This document shows, piece by piece, positions 27,295 to 41,499 of a DNA stretch of 64,000 nucleotides. Source of the DNA: Sphyrna mokarran. Its lineage: Eukaryota. The notes beneath the pieces were generated by a model. That model was given only the letters and a program-made list of their open reading frames with translations. It ran no database searches and had not been told where the DNA came from. Each line of letters begins with the position of its first letter. Position 1 is the stretch's first letter. The stretch spans positions 73,656,001 through 73,720,000 of the forward strand of contig JAGIQG010000004.1 in assembly GCA_024679065.1 (NCBI GenBank), read 5' to 3'. A program made the translations under genes and the position numbers.

Positions 27295-27680
27295 CAGGAC
27301 TCAGTAGTAATACTCTTTATTCTAAGGCGGAATGTTTTGGATTGAAGGCTTTGGAATATGAGCAAAAGATCTAGGTTGACTACTCCAGTTCAGTACTGTG
27401 AGAGTATTGCACTGTCAAAGATGCTATCTCTGGATTGAGATGTGAAAGTTGAGGCGCAGTCTGTTCTCTCAACTGGATGTAAAATATCTTATTTCCTCTT
27501 CAGTGAGGGGATGTTCTCCCAGATGTCTTGTCTGCATTTAACATTAAAGCAGATTGTTGGTTGTTGTGTGTAGGATCTTGCTATGCAAAAATTGGCAGCT
27601 CTGCATCGTCACAGTAATTATGCTTAAAATGCATAATTGGCTGCAAAGTTTTGTGGAATATCCAGAGATCATAGAATATT
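27295..27680 (+). mobile_element. DeuSINE (SacSINE1-like)
   Basis: cagtactgtgagagtattgcactgtcaaagatgct...tggatgtaaaatatc...gctatgcaaaaattggcagc. Confidence 0.65.
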
Positions 27681-27724
27681 ATGTAACTGGAAATACTTGT
27701 CCAGGTTGAGACAGGAAGGAAAAT

Positions 27725-28055
27725 ATAAAGACAAAGAAGACAAAGAACAAAACAGCATGAGAAACAGGCCCTTCGGCCCAACGAGCCCGCGCCGCCACCT
27801 CGATGTTCCCACTTCTACACGCGATCCCTGTCCATGTTTATAGATCTATTGATTAAAAACCAAATTTGGGACAATTTAGGGAGAATTTGTTTTGCCAATT
27901 AGCCTAAGAGCACATCTTTGGGATGTGGGAGGAAACCGGAGCGCCTGGAGAAAACCCACGCAAGCACGGGGAGAATGCGCAACCTCCCACAGACACAGGC
28001 CCAAATCCATGTATCTGCACAGCACAGCGATAGTCACTGAGCTGTCGTGTTGCCC
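27725..28055 (-). mobile_element. HE1-like V-SINE (degenerate tRNA head, V core, CR1-type tail)
   Basis: tgtgggaggaaaccggagcgcctggagaaaacccacgca V-domain; acaggcccttcggccc tail hairpin; aaagaac-type terminal repeats. Confidence 0.75.
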
Positions 28056-28279
28056 ATCAAATGGTCCAGGTCAAGCATACACTAACGATGTGAAGCAGTA
28101 GGATACTCTCGAAAAAGGTCCAAGAGCAGTCCTCTCACGACCCATCGTGTGTATGCCCCTCGTTAGACAACAAGGTGGACCAAAGCACCTGTAGGATAAA
28201 AACAAGTACATCAATATAATCATCTATTTACACACTTCCCAGGGACTCCCAAGGCTCATGATCCCTATTTTAAATCAGT

Positions 28280-30420
28280 TTTCTATACCCATCCATTCCC
28301 ATTCTGTTCATGTGCCCATCTAAGTATTTCTTAAATAACTCCAGAGTGCCTGCCTCCACCACTTTATTTGGCAGCGCATTCCATACCCCTACCACCCTCT
28401 GTGTGAAAAAACTCCCTCTAGCATCCAAATTATACCTTACCCCCTCACCCTAAGCCCGTGAACCCTCGTGCTATTTGAGTCCATCCTAGGAAAAAGCTTA
28501 ACCCTGTTTACTCTATCTATACCCTTCAAAATCTTGTACACCTCTATCAGATCTCCTCTAAGTCTACGTCTTTCTAAGGAAAACAGTCTCAATTTGCCTA
28601 ATCTCTCCTCGTAACTCAGACCTTCCATACCAGGCAGCATCCTGATAAACCTCCTTTGCACTCTTTCCAGAGTCTCGATGTCCTTCCGGTAGTAAGGCGA
28701 CCAGAACTGGACGCAGTATTCCAAATGAAGAATAACCAGCGTTTTATACAACTGCAACATTAAAGGCCAGCTCTTGTACTCTATACCCCTTCCTATAAAG
28801 GCTAGCATACTATATGCTTTCTTCACAACCTTCTCCACTTGCTCTGCCACCTTCAGAGACTTGTTCACCTGCACCCCCAGGTCCCTCTGCGTTTCTATAC
28901 TCTTAATAGGTCTACCCTTTATCATATACCTCCCCTCTACATTCTTTCTCCCGAAATGCATCACCTCACATTTATCAGGATTGAATTCCATCTATCTGCC
29001 CAAGCTACCAGCCTATCTATGTCCTGCTGCATTGCCTGACAATGCTCCTCACTATCCGCAAGTCCAGCAATCTTTGTATCGTCTGCAAACTTGCTGATCA
29101 CTCCACTTACTCCCTCTTCCAAGTCATTTATATATATTACAAATAGAAGACGTCCCAGTACCGAGCCCTGCGGCACACCACTAGTGACCGACCTCCAGCT
29201 ACAGAAACACCCTTCCACTATTACTCTGTGTCTCCTATTACCAAGCCAGTTGCTTATCCATCTAGCTACCTGTCCTTTTATCCCATTTGCCTTGACCTTC
29301 TTGACTAACCTCCAATGAGGGACTTTGTCAAACGCCTTACTAAAATCCATATGGACGACATCAACGGCTCGCCCTTCGTCCACCGTTTTCGCCGCCACCT
29401 CAAAAAATTCTACCAGATTTGTAAGGCACGACCTCCCCTTAACAAATCCATGCTGTGTATCCTTAATCAGATCGCAACACTCTAAGTGCCTATACATCCT
29501 ATCTCTAAGAATCCCCTCCAACAGCTTCTCTACCACTGACGTCAAACTCACCAGCCTATAATTTCCAGCGTTATCCCAACACCCTTTTTAAACAACGGTA
29601 CAACATTAGCTATTCTCCAGTCCTCTGGTTCCTCACCTGTGTCCAAGGAAGAGACAAAGATTTGCGTCAGAGGCCCAGCAATTTCACCTCGCACCTCTCT
29701 AAGCAGTCTGGGATAAATGCCATCAGGCCCTGGAGATTTATCAGTTTTAATGCTACCTAGAAGCTCCAACACTTTCTCCCTCGGTATGGATATTTCCCTC
29801 AACTGGTCCACAGCTCCCTCAGAGACAGGAGCTGTCAACAAGCCCCTCTCCTTCGTGAATACTGATGCAAAGTATTCATTCAGGATCTCCGCCATTCCCT
29901 CGGGCTCTAAGCACAGTTCCCCTCCTCTGTCCCTAAGAGGTCCGATTTTTCCTCTAACCACCCTTTTATTCCTAACATAGGAGTAAAAAGCCTTTGGGTT
30001 TTCCTTAATCCTATCCACCAAAATCATTTCATGCCCCCTTTTTACCCTTCTAACTCCCTGTTTGAGCTCCCTCCTACTCTCTCTATATTCCTTCAATGCT
30101 GTCTCGGTTCCCAGCTGCTTCGACCTATCATACGCTTCTCTTTTCTTCCTAACCAAGTCCTCAATATCCCTAGTAATCCACGGCTCTCTAATCCTACCTT
30201 TCCCATCTTTCCTTTTCGCCGGCATGTACTTATCTTGCAACATTTTCAGTATTCCCTTGAAAGAGTCCCACATGCCTAGCGTGGACTTACCCTCAAACAA
30301 CCGTTCCCAATCAGTTTCCGTAAGTTCCTGCCTAATTCGACCGTAGTTAGCCTTCCCCCAATTCAGCACCTTGCCCCTAGGGCAACAAGCATCCTTTGCC
30401 ATCTGTATCCTAAAGTAGAC
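28280..30420 (-). mobile_element. CR1-clade (HER1-like) LINE, 5'-truncated ORF2 with frameshifts
   Basis: Overlapping ORFs 29548-30429, 28961-29551 and 28437-28991: KSPGPDGIYP, QHGF, DFSKAFDKVPH, GVPQGSVLG, KFADDTK, HLEYCVQFWSP. Confidence 0.96.
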
Positions 30421-33400
30421 AGAATGCATATCTGTGTCAACCAGGTTACTCTAAAATGATCATTTTGGCATAGCTTTATCCTGATTAGTCATGACCGTTA
30501 CCAGAGGACTTTCTAACTTCCAGACAAACTGGTAAAGTTTAATTATCTTTAAAACAAATGGCATTAGTGGCCTTCTCTAGAGCTGCACAAAGCTTATTTA
30601 TATTACTAAAAAAGTAATTCTGGTCATCAGAGATTCTGTGTTTCCAAGGACAAAGGCAGCTATTTGTGACTAATATCCAATGTGCAGTCACAGCCCTACT
30701 GTTACCTGCTTCAAAACACAATGGGTTTCAACTATGGGTCTCGTTTGTCAATCTAAAACTACACTATCACATTACCGAGACTTGGATTGTCTGAACTTAT
30801 TTAACTAATAACCTGTTGGACCACGTTGTCAGTTTCTTTTTGAAGTCCAAGAGAAACTTATTCCAAACAGACAGCTTGTCATTGTCTACCATCTTACCAC
30901 TGAAACGGTAGCAGCAGGAAGATTCCTGTTCAGGTACAATTGCATGATCCACATCTATACTGTGAGTTAGTGGGACTTTGGAGTCTGTGCCTTCAGATTA
31001 TTTTCACTCTATATGTCTTCTCTCCTCATGGAATGCTCATTTCTGGAAAGAGGGATCATTCTGTGATAGTAATCCAATCTACCTTTGGAATAAATATTCC
31101 ATTAGAGTTTAGATTCTGGACTTGCATAAAATCGTAACTTGTATCTTTTATTGTGGTCTGACCCTATATTGCCCTTATCCATTTTTACCGTATAAGTGCA
31201 TAAACGGGCAGCCACTGTGAAACCTCTTCTGCGTTAACACTTATGTTTTATCTTATCTCGCTTTCGCAGTGCAAGCAAGCTATTCATAGAGTTTGGGACA
31301 TTCCATTTTTAAGGCAAAATTTCATCTCCCAACTTGTGCTAGAAAGTTCTGCCACTTATCAGTGTGCTCTCAGGCTAATTTACGTTTACTTTCTTTTCAC
31401 TTTTATAATGTTACAAAGAAAACAATATTTTTCTACATCTATTCTTGCATTTAAAATTGAATTTGAATTTATTTGCCTCACACGTTCCAGCCAGTTCCCT
31501 CACAGTTATGTTCTTTCTTGGTTTCCCTGAGCTTTTCTTCTGAGCTTTATGATTCTTCTAGTTTGCCATGCACCAATTGATTCTCTATTTTGGCATTTGC
31601 TGCTTTGTTATGCCCAACCACGTTATTTTTGGATTAATTTTAATTGTTCCTTTGGGGTTTTTATTAAGAGTCATGGTCCACTTCAACCACACCCTTCCTT
31701 CCACCATGCAACACATTAGTTATTGACACCAAATTCCATATGCAATCCTGATGTGCATCAGGCCTAATGCAATAGTAATGTTGTATGGGATGTAAACTTG
31801 AGTTTGAAACGATTTTCTAACAGATCCTCATCCTAATGTTTTCTATATATGGAACTGTTATTACAGAACGTCAGTTTAATCAAAGCCAGAAATAAATTAT
31901 GCACAAAAGCCTTCTCAATGCACTTCTTTCTGGGAATTACAAATGCCACATTCACTTTTTGTCTTTATTTCCAGGTCACTTAACAGTTCCCTTGGATTTG
32001 CTTACTCTTCTGTAGTATGCTGATTAACATTAAATTTTCCAAAGCAGCTATTGTACTACTAAAAAATGTTTCAGCTGGGAATATGAAGCAAAGTCTAGTT
32101 TTATACATATATTCCATAAAATAACACCTTAATTTTACAACAGGCTTTATTAATGGTAAATGGGTTTACCATTTATTACAATTAATTAATTTATTAAATA
32201 ATCTGAAATGATAAAATGGATGGAGCTTTCGTTCAGGAACTGGGGCTTAAGTTCCGGATCTTGAGTGCTTCGGATTCAATCAGCCATGAATAAATTCTGC
32301 TTGAGAGAGAAAATGCATCATCATAATGAAATTATAGCTTTTACCCTACTTATTTGGAACTGCAATGCATAGGCAGAAAGTTTACAACTTACTGAGGGGT
32401 GTGGCTAATGAGGCAGGTGGAATGGGGGAAGGCAACAATATCGTAAATAGCTTTAACTTCTGCTGTGCCATAAAAGCAAAATCAGAGCCAAAAATGTTTT
32501 TTTTATATATTGTGTCGTTGGCGAAGATTGAATTTTGACGTGGGCGATGGAGGGGCATGTTTGGTGTACTTTGGTGCTGAGCCCAGATGACATGGCCTCT
32601 GCATGACAACCAAATAATGATGAGTAAGCATCTAGTCAGGCATTGGTTACTGGAGCCTAAGCAATGGAGAAAACCTTCCCACTTGATGCTGTATCAAATC
32701 CAGCTTCAAAAAGTTGTACAAATTAACAATTAGGGGACAATACTAAATAGTGTGTAAACATCACAAAAAGAAAAAAATGTATTATTTTTGTGGGGGAAGA
32801 ATAGAAAGTAAATAAATGGAGTACTTGTATTCTGAAAATCAATTGTGGAAAATGAAGCAAAGAAAGTGTTAGAATGCAAATAATTGAGAACTTAGGGTTT
32901 TGGAGAAAGGAGGTAAAACATAGCTACTTTGTATATTCAGAAGTTGTAAAGTACTATCTAAATATACTGTAGATATTATGTCTGTAAGGTCTGAACCTTT
33001 TAGCATAAGATGTAGAATATTTAGATCTTGGATCAGACGTGTAATCTATTTGAATAAATTTGTTATATCTTGATTTAATTTAAACTGCAACAAATCATAG
33101 TAAACATCAGACACATTCAAAGATCTCTGTTTATCTTTCGGTGTTGCAGTAAGAGGTCTTGCAGGCAGTTTTACTGTGAGATATTTCAGTTAGCAGGCAG
33201 CCTTAGTGATGTCATGTGAAATTGCTGTTCTAATCTTATGTTTTTGATTTTCTTTTCAATCTATGCATGTAGAGTTTGTCATAGATTCAGAGATGAGAAT
33301 GAAACATAGTTGTCTGTATACTGTACTGAATTTAGTTTAAAAAAATATTTTGCTGCAAAATACAGCTCAAAAATTTTAAATGGAACTGCAACCTTTTGTT

Positions 33401-34739
33401 GGCCATGCATCACGTTCCTTGTGAATCCTGAGTCTAGATCTCTTGAGATTTTCTGTTCCAATGAATTAGAAAGCACTTGGAGTCAGTAAAGAAGGAAGGA
33501 AGAAAGACTCGCATTTCTATAATGTCTTTCATGAGCTCAGGACATCCAAAATACTTAACATCCAGTCAAGTGCTTTTGAAAGTACTCACTTTTGAAATAA
33601 TGTGGAATAATCACTTTGGAAACTTTGAAAAATGGTAGCTTATGTCTGCAGCAGTGTTGCTGAAATGCAAAGTTTAAATATTTTGAGCAAGGAAATTATA
33701 CCTTATGCTGATCGGTTCATCAAAATCTTTTAGTCCAATTTCTGTCTTATAGGAGATACTTCTGCCTATTAATTTATATGGGAAACACAAATGTATAGTT
33801 ATGAATCTTGGTTTATTCTGAGAACTTTCCAATTAGTTAATTTCTATTCTGTCTCTTGATGCATTAAGCTACAAATCTTAATCATCCCTTTCTAATACAG
33901 ATGTAGGGGGATTTGCATCATGGTCGCTTCTTGATGTCTGTGCTTAAAACACAGGTGCAAAAAATGGGTTTGGGGCAGTGCATGTTTGTTCTGATGGCTT
34001 TTTGCTTCTTCCAAGTGTAATGTTGGAAACTGCATTCATATACAGGCAGATTATGTGCCTGTGAACTATTGAGGTCCACCAATTGTAATTGAAGGGCAAC
34101 TATCTCATAGGTTATTAAAATGTTTGTCAAAAAGATCAAGGGATCAGACCATTCCATTCAATTCAACTATGCTATGTAATTGACGATCGTTCACTTAACA
34201 TATTACGAGAGATATAATTTCTAGTGTCCTTTGCATCTTTGAAAAATGTTGAGCAGCATATCTGTGACAGATTTTGTGCATAGTTGCATCCTCTGTTTCC
34301 CTTTCAAATGTTATACTGAACTCAGTCGTATTTTGATCACTATTACTTAAACATTCACACACCATTAGGTTGTTAATAAACCTGGCTCGTTACTAAATCT
34401 AATATGTCATGCCCCCATTGTTGGTTCTAGAACTTAAGCTGAAGAAAATGTCCTATATACACTCAAGAAATTAGCTACTCTTCAGACAAGTGGTAGCCTA
34501 CTTATCCCAATCTACACGCAAGTTAATATTTCCTATGAAAATTACTCCTCCTTTGCTACATGCTTGTGCTCTCCATCTTTCCTGTTGATTTCAACATGGT
34601 ATATTTAGCTGCCAGTCTTGACTATCTTGTTACAATGTCTCAGTAATGGCTACTTTCTACATGGTTCCTTGTATTCCTTGCATTTGGGCAAAAGAATGCT
34701 TATTTGGGGTACACTCCTTAACCAATCCTTGTGCTCAGA

Positions 34740-34948
34740 CAAAAACTGAAAATGCTGGAGAGACTCAGCAGGTCTGACAGCATCTTTGGAGAGAATAGAG
34801 CCAAATTTTCGAGTCTAGGTGATCATTCATAAGAGCACATCCAGACAAGAAATATTGGCTCGATGCTCTCTTGCAGATGTCAGACCTGCTGAGTTTCTCC
34901 AGCATTTTCTGTTTTTATTTCAGATTCCAGAATCTGTAATATTTACCT
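34740..34948. mobile_element. Short inverted-repeat element, probable second Penelope-type pLTR family
   Basis: aaaatgctggagagactcagcaggtctgac / gtcagacctgctgagtttctccagcatttt inverted arms plus an unpaired 3' extension. Confidence 0.7.
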
Positions 34949-35789
34949 GTCCTTGAGCTATCTTGTTTTACTCACATTTCCTATTTCTCTCCCCTGCTTT
35001 AATTAATCACCACCTGATCGCTTTCCCCTTGTGTGTGATGCCAAATGGACAATTTATGACTGTTACTTAATTGTTTTCAACTATTTTCATTGCTTTTCCA
35101 CCTGATTTTTTTTCTCCACTCCCTACCCACGTGTTAGTTTAAAATCCTCGTGACTGTCCCCTTTTTTTTTCACAGGGCTCAGGTCCAAACCTAATCTAGG
35201 TGAAGCTGCTTCCTGTCTTAGTACCAGTGTCCCACAAACCTCTACTTCTCATTATTACTTCAACCTCATTCAGCCTGTTCATCTTTCTAAGTTATTTATC
35301 CCTATACCTGTTTGCATATGACTCTGGTAATAATCAAGGGATTTATTATCCTTGCGTTCCTGATCTTTGAGTTTAGCTCCTTAGTTTCTGGTAGCCTCCA
35401 AGTAGGACTCTTGCTTGCTTTGCATTTGTTGGTCCTATGATGGATCACAATGACTGGGTCCTCTTCTTCCTTTCCCTCTCGCTCCTCTCTTTCTGCTTCT
35501 TTTCAGATCCTTCTTGCTACCCACTGATTTGAGTAGGCCCTCAGATTTTCTGCTGCTCTAGCTCTGTATGAAGTGCTCTGTGATTGTTAAAGATATATAA
35601 ATATATTAAATGTATAAGTTATTTTGTGATGTTGTGTTGCATATGTCCAGCATGAACACATGAGGGCAGTAAGCATGCAAAATTGAATGAGTCAATGAAC
35701 AGAAACTGCAGTCATTTGGGATTGGTTTTATGATTAGCTGAAATATTCATCAATTTGTCTTTGCTAATTAAATTGTCTTAAATTTACAG

Positions 35790-35879
35790 ATAATTGATAA
35801 GAGCAAACGAGACCCTTCAGAGGAGATTGAGATACTGATGCGCTATGGACAGCATCCAAACATCATTACTTTGAAAGAT
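35790..35879 (+). CDS. RPS6KA6: RSK4 exon ([30 protein letters not shown])
   Basis: tttacag|ata and gat|gtaagc, 90 bp; EILMRYG is RSK4-type. Confidence 0.96.
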
Positions 35880-36689
35880 GTAAGCTCATAGTTTAATTCG
35901 AATTGCTTTTATAACTTGCACCATTTTTAAAGGCTAATATTGCAGGACACATGTTCAGATGTTTCTTTTACATTCCTTTCATCTATTAAACAGGGTTCAA
36001 ATAATCCAAAGCAATTTGTTTTCTATTTGTTTAATTGAGTTTCTGAATCATTCTGTAACAGTCGACTTGCTTAAATATATATTGCTGTTACATCCTTGTT
36101 GCTGGGTCACTACTCTGGAACTCTCTACCGATATATTTAATACCATTGTGGGAGCAATTTCATTACAAGGACCACAGTAGCTCAAAGGGCAAACCCACCA
36201 GCCAGTCACAGCAAATAGGGATGGGCAATGCATGCCGATGTTGATTTCAAATTATAGTGAATAGTTTGTATCTGTAATGAAAGTGACTCAAATGACTTGT
36301 GGAAGCAGTTAATACAAATCTCTTAACGTTTGCAGTACCTTGTTTATGTTGATACAATGCAAATCCACATCTTGTAGCTATCTTCACGTTAACATCCAGA
36401 AGTCCTGTATGGAATGTTTGTTCTGAATGTATTGACTGTCATTCTGAAAAGGTTTAATCTTGGTGCCAACTCATCCTGTCCTGATTTTGTTTGATTAACA
36501 TTTTATCATACCTTGTATGGGAGTCATAAAAATGATAGTATCAATGCTCTTTTCCTCCACCCCACCAGTCCCAACTATTCTCCCACTCCCATTTGGACTA
36601 CAGTCAGAAACTGATGTCATATCATTATTTTTGCATTGACTTGAAAAGTAGAAATGTAACTCTACCTTCACAAGCTTATATTGTAAAAT

Positions 36690-36993
36690 CTACAGTGCAG
36701 AAGGAGGCCATTTGGCCCATTGGGTCTGAATCACCAACAGTCCTACTCCGGCCCTACACCTGTAACCCCATGTATTTACCTTACTAATCCACCTGACAAA
36801 CTAAGGGGCAATTTAACATGGCCAATCAACCTAACTGCACATTTTTGGACAATTGAGGAAACTGGAGCACTCAGAAGAAGCCCACACAGACACCAGGAGT
36901 GCAAACTTCACACGGTTACCCAAGGCTGGAAGTGACCCTGGGTCCCTGGTGCTGTGAGGCAGCAATGCTCACTATTGTGCAACCATGCTGCCC
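36690..36993 (-). mobile_element. Full-length HE1-like V-SINE
   Basis: Head gggcagcatggttgcacaatagtgagcattgctgcctcacagcaccagggacccagg (- strand), V core, tail ggaggccatttggccc. Confidence 0.82.
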
Positions 36994-37948
36994 CAATGCC
37001 AATAAACGGAATTCCTGTTGAAAAATTGTAGCTAGCAAGAGTACACTTCCCTGTAATTTTACCTTTAGAATGGTGTCCAATGCATGACCTTATAAAATGA
37101 GTCCAATTATAACAGATAGTGTGACATTGTTTGATTTTGGTTGTTCTTGAATTATGTGACTCCCACCCTGTCACATTCCCTCACTCCCATCCCCAACCAT
37201 AATCATTACTTGGGTATTGGCATTTAAGATGTACATAAAGAACATGCAAGTCCTAAAGCCAAATTTATGCTATATCTATCCAATTGTTGAACAAATATGT
37301 AAAGAGAAATGTTCTTCATAAGCAGTGGAATCTGGGTTCTGGGATAGACGAGGTGACGTGGTAGAGCAGTATGCTGGACTTTGTGGAGTAGGGAATATGG
37401 GCTACAGGAATATGGGGGTAAGGAGCAGGGCATTGGACTTTAGGATAGAGGGCATGTGCTGTTGGATTCTGGGGAGAGTTGGAGCACTGTTGGACTCTGA
37501 ATGTTCATGACTGAATTATTTGTGGTAATGATTGTGTGTGCAAATGAATTTTGCTTGTATATGCAAACAGCATAATTTCTCATATATAAATAAATTCTGG
37601 CTATTTTTATTCAATTGATTCTAAAAATGCACACCTAGCTTTTCCCAAAATACCATCATCTCTGTGTTATGTATGTATGTAAGCTTAAACTACCATGGGT
37701 TGAGCTTTATATTGGGTGGGATCTTATGGCCTTGCTTGGAAGAAACCAGAAATGCCTACCTGCAGTCAGTGGCGATTTCTGTTGCCGTTCCTTCACCCGC
37801 GTTGATTCAGTGTCACGTGAGGTGGTAAAGTTCTGGTCATTGTGTCCAAATAATGTTGTAAACATATTTGTTAAATTTGAAGTTTCTTCAAGAATGACTG
37901 TTGCAAGACAATTTAACATAATTTGTTGTTGGCTGTTTTGCACGCAAG

Positions 37949-38107
37949 GTTTACGATGATGGCCGATATGTTTACCTTGTCACTGAACTATTGAAGGGAG
38001 GTGAGTTGCTTGATCGACTCCTTCGACAGAAGTACTTCTCTGAACGGGAAGCCAGTGCTGTACTATTCACGATAACAAAAACAGTAGAATATCTTCACTG
38101 CCAAGGG
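37949..38107 (+). CDS. RPS6KA6: RSK4 exon ([53 protein letters not shown])
   Basis: cacgcaag|gtt and ggg|gtaagt, 159 bp. Confidence 0.96.
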
Positions 38108-38972
38108 GTAAGTCATTAATCTTACAGCAAATCATAATTCCTTAGAGCCTTAATCTATATGTATAACATAATTCTGTTTCAAATTTTTGCTTCAGTGTTA
38201 AAAATGCACGTGTAGAGAAAATACTTTAGGATTCTTTGTCTTAGTTAACTTGAATATGCACCTTGCTTTTTCTTTTATTTCTTTAAATGCAAAGCCAGTT
38301 TTTCTCATCCTCTTGAGAAGATAGTGATGAACCTATAAAGGAACCTTGCTGAAATTTCTTTCATATTGCACACAGTGACTTTTTAGAAAGAAAGTGTAAT
38401 AACTAAGAGAGGGGAATAGGCCGTGCAGCCTCTTGAGCTTCTTCTATCACTGTGGCTAAATCTCTGCTTCAGCTCCGCTTTCTTACCTTATCTCTATATT
38501 CCAAGATTCCCTTAGTGCTCAACAATCTAAAGCTAGAGCATTATATCTTTACTTATTTCAAATTAAGTTAGCTGGATTTGGTTTTGTGTTACTACTGTGT
38601 TCTGAGGAGTCTGCTACTTTGTGTGTATATTCATTCAAGTTGCAACATTTCACAAATGTGAATTATTTAATTTATTCCAACATTCATTTTTAGTAAAAGA
38701 ATTTGTGACCCTTTTCTCTGCAGAAGGGGTTTTAGTGACAAAACCTACTGTCGTTGTTTCCTTTTACTGAGCCACAATCATGCAAGACTTTGAAAATATT
38801 AATCTGTAACAAATGCAAAGTATGTTCTGTTTAGACTGCAGAAATTCATCAAGAGGAATCCTCTCTCTATAAAACTTGCTGCAACTTTTGGTAATGTTTC
38901 TGTGATGTAAATGATGTTTTAGTGTTCCAGATGAGCTGTGTGAATAATTTGTAGTCTTTTTTGTACTTAAAG

Positions 38973-39134
38973 GTTGTGCATAGGGATTTAAAGCCAAGCA
39001 ATATTTTGTATATGGATGAATCTGGTGATCCTGAATCTATCCGGATATGTGACTTTGGCTTTGCTAAACAGCTGCGTGGTGAGAATGGCCTGCTCATGAC
39101 CCCGTGTTACACAGCCAACTTCGTGGCTCCTGAG
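38973..39134 (+). CDS. RPS6KA6: RSK4 exon ([54 protein letters not shown]), CTKD catalytic and activation loops
   Basis: acttaaag|gtt and gag|gtatgt, 162 bp. Confidence 0.97.
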
Positions 39135-39509
39135 GTATGTCAACAATCCTCTTACCTGTTGCATTTAAAGAAACTAATTGATAAATTGGAAAGATCTCTC
39201 ATCTGGAATCTGGGATAAATTTATGAAACCATTGATTAGTTGTTATAACCTTTAACTCACTATTCTGAAGAGTGGGACTGCTACATGATTTAGTAGCACC
39301 AAAAGAATCTAGCAAGAGTTAACATAATCAAATAGCTCAGATGCTAACTTGTCTACTGATTTCTGTTCAACTGAAGTTTACTTGGACTGTCCTAAATGGG
39401 AACTAATTTATAGCAAAATGTAATTAAGATTATATTACATGGGCTATAAACTACTGTCCATGGACCATGTGCTGCCTGAGCCTTGGCAATGTAGCCCATC
39501 TAAACTTAC

Positions 39510-39770
39510 TAAGTGGTAAGATTTTAGCCTCTCAGTTAGAAATTTTCAGGTTCAAGTCTCACTCCAGCAACTTGTTCAGCACACAATTTAAGATACAGAC
39601 TTGTATTGAGGGCGACACTGCACTATTGGAAGTGCTGTTTCCCAGATGAGATATTATCCTGAGTATCTCAAGTGGATGTTAAAAAATCCCATTGTCACTA
39701 TGTTGAAGATGACTAGGGAAAATCTCCCACTTCTGATTAATATTTATTCCCAGCCCAAGTGATTAAAACA
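39510..39770 (+). mobile_element. DeuSINE 5' part
   Basis: aggttcaagtctcactccag, ctgcactattggaagtgctg, gtggatgttaaaaaatcccat. Confidence 0.6.
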
Positions 39771-40689
39771 CGTTGAACCAAATTTTCTAAAAAAAATAAA
39801 GGTGCAGCTGTAAGACACATGTCCAAATTGGCTGGCATTTTCGGAGGTTGAGGTATGTATTTCCAGAAGTTAGTTGTTCTTTAACGTTTTATCATTGTGC
39901 CTCACAAGCATATCTCACCCTTATCCTTCCAGTTTTTTTTTTGCTGGATTTGCCCATTAATTTCCAATTTTAAACTCACTGCAGTAATTTAGGGCTCATG
40001 ATTAGCAGCTTAAATACCCTTTTAACAACATAATAGTTAATGCACTGCTCATTAATCTCCCAGCTAAGAAAATGAGCAATTTAACAATTCCTTCAGTTAG
40101 TGAATTGTTAAGACATTATTATAAATTTTGATTTTTTTTTCTTTCCTGCTGTCTTAATTATCCTGTACCTGTTTTGACTAATTCATTCACCTTCTCTGTC
40201 ATGCCTTTCGTTTCCTTCTTAACCGTTAAATTTCCTGTGTTAAGGAGTTACCCTGTTGAATCTGTTGTTCATTAAAGTTTCAGATGCTGTGTTGTCAGTT
40301 TGCACTTCTAGCAAGATATGATGATTGCTGGAAAAGGTTGAACCAATTGGGTACATAATGAAATGCATCCTTCGGTTAGATTTGACCCATTGCTATTATC
40401 ACATTGTTATTTGTAGGACATTGTGCAAACTGCCTGCTGACTTTTCTACATTGTGTTTCCTTGTCTGTAAAGAATGCCTGTGTGTCCTGCGACAGTGAAA
40501 GGCCCCATGTGATTGAAAGGCCAGAAAACTTTCTTCTGTATTCTGTTTCTTTCTTTTTCATTTGCCCCTTTTGAATTTTGTGAATTTAAGTGTTTGGAAA
40601 AGCCATTCTTAACATGTGAAAAATTTCTAATCAAAGTCTGTTTGCACAAGCATCTTATAAAATGTAAACGTTAATGAAAAAAAATGTTC

Positions 40690-40990
40690 TTACGTTATAT
40701 CACATCTTCAGGATGACCCAAGGTGCGTTATAATAAAATGCTACCACTGTTGGGAACAGATCAGCCCCTGCCCGTAACAAGGTTTCAGGCACAACAATAC
40801 TATGACAGATCAGTTGATCTGTTTTGTTAGTGTTGATTGAGTAAAGTCTGTTGTCTAGGACATCGGATGAACTGCCCTGCTTTTCTTTGAATATTGTCAT
40901 AGGATTTGTTTTATACACCTAACTGGATAGTAACAGGCAGCACTTAGACTTAATGTTTCATCAGAAACACAGTGCAGCACTAAAGCGAAG
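40690..40990 (-). mobile_element. DeuSINE fragment
   Basis: Reverse complement of core: ctgttttgttagtgttgattgag, aactgccctgcttttc. Confidence 0.55.
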
Positions 40991-41499
40991 TATGGCCAAA
41001 ATTATCTGCTCAAAAATCATTGGTTTAAACTTTATCATGGTCCATAAGGCATGAAAACTCGAAGCAGAAGTATTGGTGCATTCCATTTGGCATCTGTGCA
41101 GGGAGAAGAAGTGATATTTGGACTGTAAATTCTTCCTCAGAACTGAAAGATATTATGAATTAAAAGCATTTTAAAAAGACTGGAATTGGAAAAAAGGCAA
41201 AAAGAAGCACAATGACTACACGCAAAGGAAGAAATTGAATGTTCTGTAAAGTGTTTGGTGGAGAACAGGAGATAGTTAAATGGCATAAGTGATATTCATT
41301 TGAGATGAAAGGAAATGTAATGTGAAATTAAAGATATAAACAGTGTTTAAAACTTTTCCACTGTTTTGAAAAAAGTGGTAATTTATGATCATGGATTTTT
41401 GGAACAAAAAAGCATACAACAAATCAAGCCTTTAATAATTAGGCTAGTTTTTCTTTTGACTGAAATTTGTTGAAAGTACACCTTTTTGTTGCTTTTCAG

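Noticed and set aside
28774-30346. Several + strand ORFs
   Set aside because: Antisense shadows of CR1 ORF2.
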